Positions 37,403 to 49,230 of a stretch of 64,000 bases of DNA are shown here, one piece after another. The translations under genes and the position numbers were made by a program. How positions within the stretch are numbered: the stretch's first letter is position 1; each line of letters opens with the position of its first letter. Source of the DNA: Epiperipatus broadwayi (lineage: Eukaryota; Animalia; Onychophora); contig JAQFVV010000005.1 in NCBI GenBank assembly GCA_028023455.1, forward strand, positions 16,926,001-16,990,000, read 5' to 3'. The notes below the pieces were generated by a model. That model did no database searches. It was not told the origin of the DNA and worked only from the letters and a program-made list of their open reading frames with translations.

Positions 37403-40400
37403 GATCATCATCATCAACCATTATCAATCCACTGCAGGATGAAGGTCACTCCCAAATTCAATCCATCTTCTCTGATCTTTAGCTTCTCTTCTTCACATCA
37501 CCCCTGAACACTTTCTTATTTCATCCATCCATCTCACATGTTGGGCTCTTTCTGTGTCTTTTACAATCTTTTGGAATCCAGTTTAAAGTTTCAATTGTCC
37601 ATCTATTATCATCTCTTCTAGCAATATGTCCAGCCCAACTTCTTAAGTCTTTTAATTTTTTCAATGAGGTCAGTAACACCTGTTTGTTCTCTTACCCTTA
37701 TATTGCATTTTCAATCTCTTCTTGTTACTCCCAACATGCATCTCTCCATATTTCTTTGAGTGGTCTGAATTCTCTGCATTGCTCTTCTATTAGGTGTTCC
37801 AAGTCTCAGATCCATAAGTAAAAACTGGTAAAACACATTTATTAAAAACCGTTCTTTACAAACACATAAGCATATTTCGGTTTAGTATCAAGTTATTTCT
37901 GCCAAAAGCACTCCAAACAAGTTTAATTCTATGATTAATTTCATCCATTATGTTTCCATCTGTATTAATAATCTGACATTTGTAACTGTTAACTTCTTCT
38001 AATTCATCATAATCAATCTTTATTTTTATATTTTGAGAAAATCCATTAATCATTACTTTAGTTTGTTTAACATTTCTCTTTAGTCCTACTTTTATCTGAT
38101 ACTTCCTACAACATTTTCTGCAGCTCTAAAGCATTATTTGCAAAAACAAGTAGATCATCTGAAAAATCGAAATGACTTATATAATCTCCATTTACTTTCA
38201 CTCCTTTAGATTCCCATTTTAATCCACAAAATACTTCTTGCAGCACAGCTATAAAACGTTTTGGAGATATGGAGTCACCCTGTCTTACACCCTTCTCAAT
38301 GTTAACTTTCCCAGTATCATTATGTAATATAATTGTTGCTGTTGCATTTTTATAAATATTTTTTAAAATATGACAATATCCTGGATCTATACCCTGATGG
38401 TCCAATGCTTTAATCACTGAAGAAATGTTTATAGAATCATATGCCTTTTCATAATCTACAAATCCAAAGCATAATGGCAACTCAAATTCATTTGGCCTTT
38501 CTATAACTTTTCTCAATACCTGAATATGATCTACTGTACTAAAATCACTTTTAAATCCAGCTTGTTCTCTTGGATGGAAATCCAATGTTCTCTGTAGATG
38601 AATTGTAATTATCTTGATAAAAATTTTGTATAAAACTGATAAAAGGCTGATAGGTCTGTAATTTCTAATATCTTCCTTATCACCTTTTTTAAATATTAAT
38701 ATTAATATTGCATTCTTCCAATCATCTGGTACATCTTTATCATTTAGACCTTTGGTATATAACTTTGCTTAAAAAAATTCTATTTCTTCACTTGTTTCTT
38801 TTAATATATCAATTATAATTCCATCATTACCTGGAGCCTTTCCTTTCATCATACATTTAATTACATGTCTATCTTCTTCATTTAAAATACTGAGCAATTC
38901 AGGAGATGTAATACATATAGGAGGTACTTGTTCTTTATTACTATATAATTCTTGATAAAAGTCTTCTACCCATTTCATGATGTCATCTCTCTTTTTAGTA
39001 ATAACTCCATCTTTTTTTCTTATTGCAGATATAAATTTCCTACCAATACCAAAATGTTGTTTAACATTCTTGAGACTTTTATTCTCTTCTACAGCTTTCC
39101 TTGCTAGTTCACAGTTATACTTTCTTGTATCCTTTTCAACTCCTTTCTGCATCATTTTACAAAATTTGAGATATTCAATCCATTTTAATGCATCATTTTT
39201 ATATATCTTCATGTTCCTTCTTTTCTTCATAAATTCTCTAGTCTCTGTAGAAATTTTATTGGTCAATTGCTGCTTTTTCCTACCAGCTATCTGTTGCAGT
39301 TTTAAAAGTGTATCAGTTATTTTCATATTAATTTCATTCAAATCTGAATCATGTTCAAAATCTACTAATAGTTGAAAACAGTTTGTAAGTTCTAATTTAA
39401 ATTCATTAAAATGTTTCTAAAGATTAGGAATATCAACTGTAAATATTGTTTTTCTTAATAATTTTTGTCTCTCTAGTTTTGCATTAACACGTATCCTACA
39501 TCTTACTAATCGATGATTACTTCCTGTGTTAAATTTATTAAGAACATTAGAATCTTGAAATATGTATTTTCTGTTAGGCAAAATATAATCCAATTCTGCT
39601 GTACCTTCATTTGGATGCTTCCATGTCCATTTGCTTTTAACATTTTTCTCAAAAAAAAAAATTCACAATATAAAGTTTTTATTTTTTTCAAATTCCACAA
39701 GTCTATGCCCTCACTCATTTCTATTACCATAACCAAAATTACCTACAGCACTTTCATTTCTTTATCAATTCTAGCATTAAAGTCTTCAATAACAATTTTA
39801 AAATGTTGTTTACTCCGATCAAAAGCCTTTTGTACATCCATATAAAAAATTTCTACTACTTCATCACTATGAGAACTTGTTTGGGCATAAACTTGAATTA
39901 TATGCATTTGATATCTGCTATTAAGTTGTATAACTAATCTTGCCACTCTGTTCAATACACATCAATCTCAACAATGTTGTTCTTCCACTTATTTATAATG
40001 AATCCTACTCCACTTGTATTTCCAATATTTAGTGCCTTTATAATAGAGTACATGCCCACTTTTTACATCAATTGTCACTTCACCTTTTCTTCTAACTTCA
40101 CAAAGTTAATAATATCCCATTTAATACAAGACAGTTCTTCTACTTCTTCTAATCTTCCTTCACTTGAAAGTGATCTACAGTTGTAAGTACCTAAATAAAA
40201 AGTCATCATCAAATGGCAGCCTGGGACCGCAATCAGAAGATTCTTAGCACCTCCACCTTTAGCCACCAATTGCTGCCTTGGTTGGTGACTTTACATTCTC
40301 CTTGGAATAAGGGTCATGATTTATTTTTGTCTGTCATAATTGTATATATCTATTGGAAAAATATTTGTCATTCACACAAACATTAATTCTGTGTTATTAG

Positions 40401-40663
40401 GCAACTGAGAAGAAAGACCATGGTGTTTCTTGATCTTAAACTCAGAGGTAAAAAGTCAATAAACTTACCATGCTGGCTAATGTGTGTTAGTGAGCAGCCC
40501 ATCAATGTTCATAAACTATATGAATAATCACATAGTAATAACAGCTGCAATGACAAGAATGTATGGAGTGGAAAAGGAATTTACCCTGCTCAGATCCTTT
40601 AAGACCTCCAAGAGGAATCAAAGGGTCTCCTTTCAGTTAATAGCAAACTCCTTTCTGCAGCCA
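37403..40663 (-). mobile_element. Near full-length RTE-clade LINE (APE-RT, frameshifted)
   Basis: LGTYNCRSL, QVYAQTSS, QAGFKSDFSTVDHI, FVDYEKAYDS, GVRQGDSISP, FSDD; (GAT)n 3' tail at 37403-37416; 9-bp TSD TCTATACAT at 37394-37402 and 40664-40672. Confidence 0.95.
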
Positions 40664-43600
40664 TCTATACATATACCACTATATATATACACTCATACAT
40701 ATACAAATATACACATAAATATAAAAATAAAAAACAACATTTCAAACACTCCAACTATTAGCTTAAATATGGAACATTAATATCTCTACAATCTAAAACC
40801 TCTTTATCCCACACTTATATTCAATTAACTTCTTTTATATAAAATTTTATTTTATATTTTATCATTTATTTCTTCATATTCTAATCATTTAAATTTTAAA
40901 TTTGCCCTTTAATCAAATTTATTTCTTCTATTTTAATTACTTATATATTATATATCAATCAATAACAATAATATTAACATAATACCCTTATAATTTTATT
41001 TTCTCTTAATTTTTAATTTTTTAACTAATTTTACCTTTTAAAAAACCTCAGCATTCCTCCTCCTCCTCTAACCAAAAATACTTTCAAAAATTTTTTTAAA
41101 AAAATTATTTCTTTATTTTTTTACCGCTATGCCCTCTATGAACACCTTCTGAAACTATATCTTATTCTAATTCTTTAAAATCTACACATACCTATTCATT
41201 AAAAAACATATTCCTACAAAATTAATGTTTTCAAACCCTGGTCCTTATTCAGAGTTGGCTAATGCTTCTAATCAATATAGCCTTTATCTTTCTATTCCTC
41301 CCATTTTTAGTATGATTTATCATTTTAAATTTCCCTTTTCCCTGTCTCTAATGAATGTAAATAAACAGGTGATCTCCTATCATATCTGTGCTGAGTCAAC
41401 CTTGTGTAAATTGAATTTTTTATTTCCCACACATAACAATTCCTAATATTTTTTTACAAGATTTACACTCTATTCTATATACTTCATTTATACAATTTTC
41501 TATATTTCCTATATATTTATTATCTGAAATATTAAGCATACTCTTTCTTTTCTTATTTACCACTTTAAATTTTATTATATTATTAAACTTTCTATTAATT
41601 CTCCAAATTATTTTATTTATATTCTTTACAATATTACTATTGTGTTTTAATATCCATATATTTATTCTCATTCTTCTTTCTATTATTCTTCTCATTATTA
41701 TTAACAATAAATCTCTCTTTTGACATTCTTATATTATCCTCTATAATCTCTACTGAGTAATCATTACTTTTAAATTTCTTAACTATCAACTCCACTTGCT
41801 TATTATAATCCTCTTTATTTGAGCAATAATTTATAGCTCTATACATTCTTGAAGTAATATTATTTACTTTATATTTCCTATTTATATTTGAATTCCAATT
41901 AGCTATGTTATTATCTTTATTCATAATTAATGGTACAAACTCATACTTTGATAAAACATCAAAGTGGATAAGCAAATAATATTTTGAAAAAATATATAAA
42001 TAGAAGTGGTAATTATTATGTTAAAAATAATAAAAATCTGATAAAGAAAATTAGAGAAAAAGTGGATCAATATAAGAATAATTTAAAATGGTAAAAAGGG
42101 ATGTGATATCAATGTTCATCAATATTAATGTGGAGAAAGCTATAGAAGTGGCAATTAATAGATATAAAAGGATAAGAGTAAGGAAATATAAATACCAATA
42201 GAAAGATTGATAAAGATTATGGAAATTTGTTGCAAAGAAATTACATTAGAGTTTAAAGGAGAGTATTATAAACAACAAAAAGATTTATTAATAGGAGGGG
42301 CAAAAAGTGCAATGGTAAGTGATATGTATATGAAAAGGATAAAAGATTTAATGATGAGTAATAAGAATGCTCCAATATTTATAAAAAGATACATGGATGG
42401 TTATCTATTGATTTTTAATAAAATCCAAAGACAAATACATTTTTTCCTTGAAGAAGTTAATAGTTAGATGAAAGCATAAAATTTACAGTAGAAAAAGAAA
42501 AGGAAAATAAGCCATCATATTTATATATTCTATTAATGAAGACATATTTTAATTGTAGGTATAAAATAGAGACATCAATATATAAAAAGATGAATATAGA
42601 TAATAACATAGCTAATTGGAATTCAAATATAGATAATAAATATAAAGTAAATAATGTTACTTCAAGAATGTATAGCAATGCTCAAATAAAAAGAATTATA
42701 ATAAGCAAGTGGAATTGAACATTAAAGAATTTAAAAGTAATGATTACTCAGTAAAGATTATACAGGATAATATAAGAATGTCAGACAAGACATTTATTGT
42801 TAATAATAATGAGGAGAATAGAATGAAAAATAAAGATAAATATGTGGGTATTAAAACATATAATAGTAATATTGTAAAGAATATAAATAAAATAATTTGG
42901 AAAATTAATAGAAAGTTTAATAATGTAATAAAATTTAAAGTGGTAAATAAGAAAAAAAGACTATGCTTAATATTTTGGACAATAAATATATAGGAAATAT
43001 AGAAAATTGTATAAATAGAGTATATAGAATAGAGTGTAAATCTTATATTAAAAAATTAGGAATAATTATGTGGGTGAAACAAAAAATTCAATTTACACAA
43101 GGATGACTCAGCACAGCTATTATAAGAGATTACCTGTTTATTCACATTCATTAGAGACATGGCATAAGTTTGAAAATGGAAGTATTAAAATGATAAATCA
43201 TATCAAAAATGGGAGGGATAGAAAGCTAAAGGAGGGTGTATTGATTACAAGCATTAGACCAGCTCTTAATAAGGATCAGGGTTGGAAAACATTAATTTTG
43301 TAGGAATATTCTGTTAATGAATAGGTATGTGTAGATTTTAAAGAATTAGAATAAGATATAGTTTCAAAAGGTGTTCATAAAGGGCATAGAGGTGAAGAAA
43401 ATAAATAAATAAAAACAATTTAACAAATTTTTGAAAGTTATTTCAGTTAAAGAAGAAGTGCTGTGATTTTTTAAAAGATAAAATTAGTTAAAAAATTAAA
43501 AATTAAGAGGAAATAAAATTATAAGGCTATTATGTTAATATTATTGTTATTGATTAATGTATAATATATAAGTAATTAAAATGGAAGAAATAAATTAGAT

Positions 43601-43872
43601 TAAAAGGCAAATTTAAAATTTAAATGATTAGAATATGAAGAAATAATTGTTAAAATATAAAATAAAATTTTATATAAAAAATGTTAATTGAATATAAGTG
43701 TGGGATAAAGAGATTTTAGATTGTAGAGATATTCAAGGTCCAGATTTAAGCTAATAGTTGGAGTATTTGAAATGTTGTTTTTTATTTTTATATTCATACA
43801 TATATCTGTATATGTATGTGTGTGTATATATTGTTATATGTATAGATATGTATTAATGGTATATGTTTAAAT

Positions 43873-43920
43873 GATGTAGCTCTGATGATGACTGCTGAAC
43901 AGTTGAAACTATAGGCAAGA
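43873..43920 (+). ncRNA. Minimal hammerhead-like motif in the PLE tail (mirror copy 37360-37318, minus)
   Basis: CTGATGA(43882-88)-T-GACTG-CTGAA-CAGTT-GAAA-CTATAG; stem II paired; stem III rudimentary; the NUH site is ambiguous. Confidence 0.55.
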
Positions 43921-46900
43921 GTAGATAAAATATATCATATGTTAAATTGCATTGTGGAGTGTCAATTAAGGTGTATATGATGTATTATATTATACATATA
44001 ATTAAAATAAATTACTAAATAATTAAAAATGTAATTGTAGTACTTCAATTTCAATAAATATTAGAATAAAAGATATTGATAAGAATGTTCCAGAAGTTAA
44101 ATTTAAATGTACTAATTAATGACGATGGAAACTGTTTTAGGAATGAGTCACATAATTAAAAGGTTTCTACAGACTGAATAAAAAGAATAGAAAAACAAAT
44201 TTGGAACTGATTATAGTAAAGATAAAATATTACGAAAGTAGATCCAGAAAGTTAAATTAATTAAACGCTTTCACAAAGGGATATTTCTGATAAGAGAACA
44301 ATTAAACGACAGATTATAAAAACTTGGAATTGTAGATTTAAGTGCTTCTTTCTCTTTTGTATTGGTGAAGTGCTATTGTGCTCAGAATGAGTATCATTGG
44401 CAACCAGTCAATGTCTGTGAAGGACTAAACCCTGATGTTTCAGAATCTGAAGATATAAAAATCTGACAAGTCTTTAAAACAGATTATCCTGATCTTATTT
44501 TGTTTTATGTAAGCCTAAAGGGTCTTAGGTTTTAACTTGTGGAATTTGTAGCATATTTAGCATAGTTGAAGAAAGTGTCAATTCATTAAATAAGATAAAT
44601 TAATACACTGTACAGGCTTACACCTGCACATACAGATATATATATATATAATATAAGGGATTCAAACTCAGAGTTTCACACAATCCTCAACTCTCCAAAC
44701 CATCTCATATTGCTGATCCATCTGCTAACACACATGTTGAAAAGATAAATAATCACCAATATATGTATTTCATGCTAAACCAGCACTTGTCAGTTGGTCC
44801 AGATTACCATCTCCTCACATACATACAATCAGTGCTCAGCTTTATATTAAGATAGCCAATCTTTATACTTTAATGGACATAATTGTGGGACAATATTGAA
44901 AGAATATTTAAAGACAAGAACTCTGTGATCATTTATTTGTCTGTATATTAATTATGTTTAAGCTTGTATATATATTCTAGTTTGTTTTTGTATAACTTAT
45001 AATAAATCCTTAATACTAAATTTATTTTTAGTTTTTAATTAATTGTGGTCTGTCCTTTCGTGAGTCATGGTTAAAAAGACAACAGTAATGAAATACAAAA
45101 CTAAATACTACATAATTTTCCAACTGCTACGTCCAAGTTCAAAACACACACACACATATATTATAAAAATAAAGTTAATAATAGAAATATATTTTGTTTA
45201 ATAAAATATAGGTTAATTATATAAAGAAATAATCAATGCTAAATAAAGAGATTTTATATTAGATAAAATATTACATGATCACTATCTCATACTAGCACAT
45301 AATTGTTATTAAGCAATTCAAAACAAAGCAATTGAATTGTTAAATAAAATATATTAATTTAAATGATTAAACATAGAGTACTTGTGTATTATCCTGTTCA
45401 CCAAGTTTGGCAGACGATTTTTTTTAAAAAAATGTCTGGTTTTAGGGGCATACAATGAATGTTCTGATAAGTAGTGTATTTAATATTTACATTTAGTATT
45501 ATTATTATTATTTTTAAAAAAAAAATCAACTTATTAATATCAAAAACTTGGTCACATTTAGGTTTAGTTTTTACATTCTTATATTATGAGATATAGTATC
45601 CTATGTTGTGGTCTGTGAAATGTTGAAACATATGTGATCCAAGGGAAAAAAATTGAGCATGGTTGATATGGTGTGATTTGTAGAAGATAGCTTTTGGACA
45701 GATGTCCATGATTGTATCTATTTTCAACTTAAAACATTTAATGGTTAAACTTAAAATAAACTATAAGACATTTCTTTAGTCAAAAATAGATATTACTGCA
45801 TATTGCTAAAACATCATAAATTTACAGCTTCTAAACAGCTCACTACAAAGGCCTTTGCAACAATGCTTATAAGGAATGATGAAGATAGCCATCCTAATCT
45901 TGCAGACAGCTGGGGGAAGAGAGTTTGAATAGTTTTCCATTATTATTCTATCTTAATTAAGAATAACTAGATACCCATTTTCCAATCAATATTTGATGAT
46001 TAGATAGTTTAGCAATGGAATAGGTACTTGAAAGATAAATCCCAAATATGATGAAAAATTTTACTTGCTTCATATTTAAAGCAAGGTGAATAATTAAAAA
46101 TAATTAAAATCTTGGGATAATTTATAATTTTGGTACTTACATGTTAGTCCTGTGACATGGAGCATGTATTTGGCATGCTGTGCCTTTTCACATTCATATC
46201 AAACTGCTGATAATTTTTGAATCTTGTGATCTAACCAAAATAATGTGTGCACAGATCTTGTACATGATATTTTCACAAGATTTACAAAGTTATCAACAGG
46301 TTGAATATGCATGTAAAAATGCTACAGGTTGAATACGTATGTAAAAAGGTATAGCATATCTAAAATGTGGTCTGTGTTAAGAACAAAAATACTATTTCCA
46401 CACAAAAAAATATATACAATTTGGGGTATAATTTACAAAAAAAATCAATCTTAAAAATTACACTTTTAACAACAGTTAAAAAAAAAATTAATTTGCCATT
46501 AAGAAATATATATGACATTCACAGGAAAAATATAAAATATGGTGCAGAAAACAAATTAATAACAGTATTGAAAAAAAATCCCTGATCTTAAAAAGTACAT
46601 TTGTATGACTTTTTACAGGAAAAAATGTAAAAGATGGTGCAGAATATACATTTATAATAATATATTAAACAGTACATTTTGAAACGATCAATATGTAAAA
46701 TATGAGGTGTTATTATGGACAAAACAATGACTAAATTACAAAAATTGCCTGAAATATTATTTAAAAAAGCATAAAATATACACATACATTACTTACTGTG
46801 CAATATATATAACAGGAATTCTCACAATGAATAAATGTAAGTTGTCTGTTGTACTTTATTATAAGGCGATCAAATTTTCTGGAGAAAATGGAGTGTTCAA

Positions 46901-47149
46901 ATAAAAAAAATTCCCTCCAAAATGAACACATGATGGAGCATATATTGCCTGAATGGGATTTTGTTGAAAAACAGTAATAAATAAATGTACTTTTTTTTAA
47001 AATAAATAAGTAATCAAAATTATTCACAAAATAAAAACACATAGCACTTTTATAAATTATTCATATTGCCAATCAGTCAATTTTTTAGTTTCATTCATTA
47101 TGCAAATGAATGCATCATTTTTATGACATCTATACCACCTAAATTTGGC

Positions 47150-47530
47150 CAAATATGAATCTAGGTGTTGCTGCCTTTCTCAGTTGCTTATTATGCCATT
47201 TCAAGCAGTGGGTAGAATATCATTGACAGATTAACCATCAATGATACCTATGGCCAGATCAAGGCTACACAAATGTACATCCCTGACTATATTTCCTAAC
47301 CATGCACTTCTCCATACTGCTAAAACAACACCCACCATCCAAAGTACTTAATTTGTTTTGAGAACAAGTCTCAGGGGCCACTTGACCATATAAGTTATAT
47401 ATATATTGTACCAAATGAAAAGATTTTTCTTCGCATATACTGACCACAAGGGCGCCACTAGTCCTAAAATTGGAACTAGACATTTATTTTAAGGGTGGGC
47501 AGGATATATGAACATGAATGCACTGGACTA
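47150..47530 (+). mobile_element. Possible eroded gypsy RT/RNase H fragment
   Basis: FVLRT...ILYQ...FAYTDHK motif order. Confidence 0.3.
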
Positions 47531-48467
47531 GCTCAATTAAGCAAATGAGATCTTATGTTTTGTTCTGAAAGTTGGAAAGGGTAGCAACAGGAAACAAAAT
47601 CAACTAAGTAAAATGAATAAATATTTTATTAGTAGTATGATTAAATAAACATAAATCTAGATAACAAACTTTAAAATCCACTTAAAACAATACTATTTGT
47701 ATGTTAATCAGAAACTAAAATATTTCAACATGGATTAGAGAGTGATTTCCTATACGTGATACAATTATATGGGAAAGAATGCAAAAATACTGACAGTAGC
47801 AAAAGTACTAGTAAGTATTCAGTGATCTCATGTAACTAAAGGGAATTAGCTTCTTGCTTATAACCAATAGTCATGAAAAGAATGAATCTCCATAATTGAG
47901 ATTTCTTAGAGCTTATGCCAAAACAGAAGAAATGTGAAGATAGCTTCCAAAACATTAACTTTAAGAAACAAAACAAGGGCATTGAAAGTTATTACTTTCA
48001 ATCAATTGACCTCCCTCAGAGTGAGACAGGCTAGGAGCTCACAATCTACTTATTGAAAGGATTAAAACAATCATACATGCTCCTAATAAATGAAATGGAA
48101 GCTCTAAGGAATGAAACTAAATGCTATTATATTTCATAATAGTATATTACAAATAATTAGTGTCTCAACATAAATCAGACTAATAACAAAAATGGTTCAC
48201 AAGCCAGAAGCTAATTATAATAGTCTGTAATATGTAGACTGCTCTCTATAACAAATAGAATGTGAGATTACAATTAAGACTCCACTATCTTACTTATTAA
48301 AACTTGAATGGAACATAACAGCACTGGTTTGAAGCTAGCACTTGTTTAAGAGAAAAATATCAATGCACAGAAACTGAATTACACAAAATAAAAATAAAAA
48401 CTTGAAACACATGTATATTTAAAAAGAAAACAAATTTAAGACAATAAAATTATTTAAATTGTAGAAT

Positions 48468-49230
48468 CAGCAAGCATCACATGATCGCATCTCCAATACT
48501 AGCACACAACAGTTTATAAACAAAGCAAAGCAAAACTCCATATAGTAGTGCCACCTGTGCTAAACAGAGTAATCAATGGATTAGATCCTAAGATCTAGAT
48601 GCAGTGCTCTCAGATCCAAAGCTCCTCACTGACAAAGGCCACAAGCCCCAGAAACTAGTCTGGGGATATTGGATGAGTAGGCATTAGATAGGGATTTTAT
48701 GCACAAGCCTTCTGGCATCCATTGATTACTCAGTTTAGCACAGGTGGCACTACAATATGGAGTTTTGCTTTGCTTTGTTTATAAACAATTGTGTGCTAGT
48801 ATTGGAGATGTGATCATGTGATGCTTGCTGGTTTAACACCAATCCTGCCTAATAGGGTAGTGGTGGCTATGGTTGTTAAAGAGCCAAAAACACCAAAATG
48901 TATGGGTGCTGAACTGAGTTCAGACCCATATGACTATATAAGCTATTGAGCTTAGATTGAAAATATTTTTTGTTTTCAATTTCATGCTCATAGTTTTGTA
49001 GTTAAGTAGAGATAAAAGTTGGTTGCTAGAGGGTTGCATTAGATCCTAAGATCTAGATGCAGTGCTCTCAGATCCAAAGCTCCTCACTGATGAATTATGC
49101 AAGCCAGAAACTAGTCTGGGGATATTGGATGAGTAGGCATTAGATAGGGATTTTATGCACAAGCCTTCTGGCATCCATTGATTACTCTGTTTAGCACAGA
49201 TGGCACTACTATATGGAGTTTTGCTTTGTT
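48468..49230. mobile_element. Retrozyme-family insertion: 113-nt arm plus ~1.4 inverted units (period 458), two hammerhead motifs
   Basis: 15-bp TSD TTTAAATTGTAGAAT at 48453-48467 and 49231-49245; inversion at ~48580. Confidence 0.92.
49081..49122 (+). ncRNA. Type I hammerhead ribozyme motif (retrozyme)
   Basis: UCCUCA-CUGAUGA-AUUAUGCAAGCCA-GAAA-CUAG-UC-UGGGGA. Stem I 6 bp, intact core, GUC cleavage triplet (C49116), palindromic ACUAGU in place of stem III; stem II poorly paired in this copy. Confidence 0.8.

Larger units (their letters stand above)
37232..44003. mobile_element. Penelope-like element, 5'-truncated, with a ~1.4-kb inverted duplication; left arm split by an RTE insertion
   Basis: Plus strand: RT from ~41925 (DVISMF, YKQQKDLLIGG, RYMDG) and GIY-YIG (VYRIECKS, GETKNSIYTRMTQH), tail to ~44003. 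Inverted copy of 42590-44003 at 41925-40664 plus 37402-37232, roughly 85-90% identical by eye. Confidence 0.9.

Noticed and set aside
46137-46300. Minus-strand exon-like segment ending in gtaagt
   Set aside because: In-frame stop, no recognisable product, no partner exons
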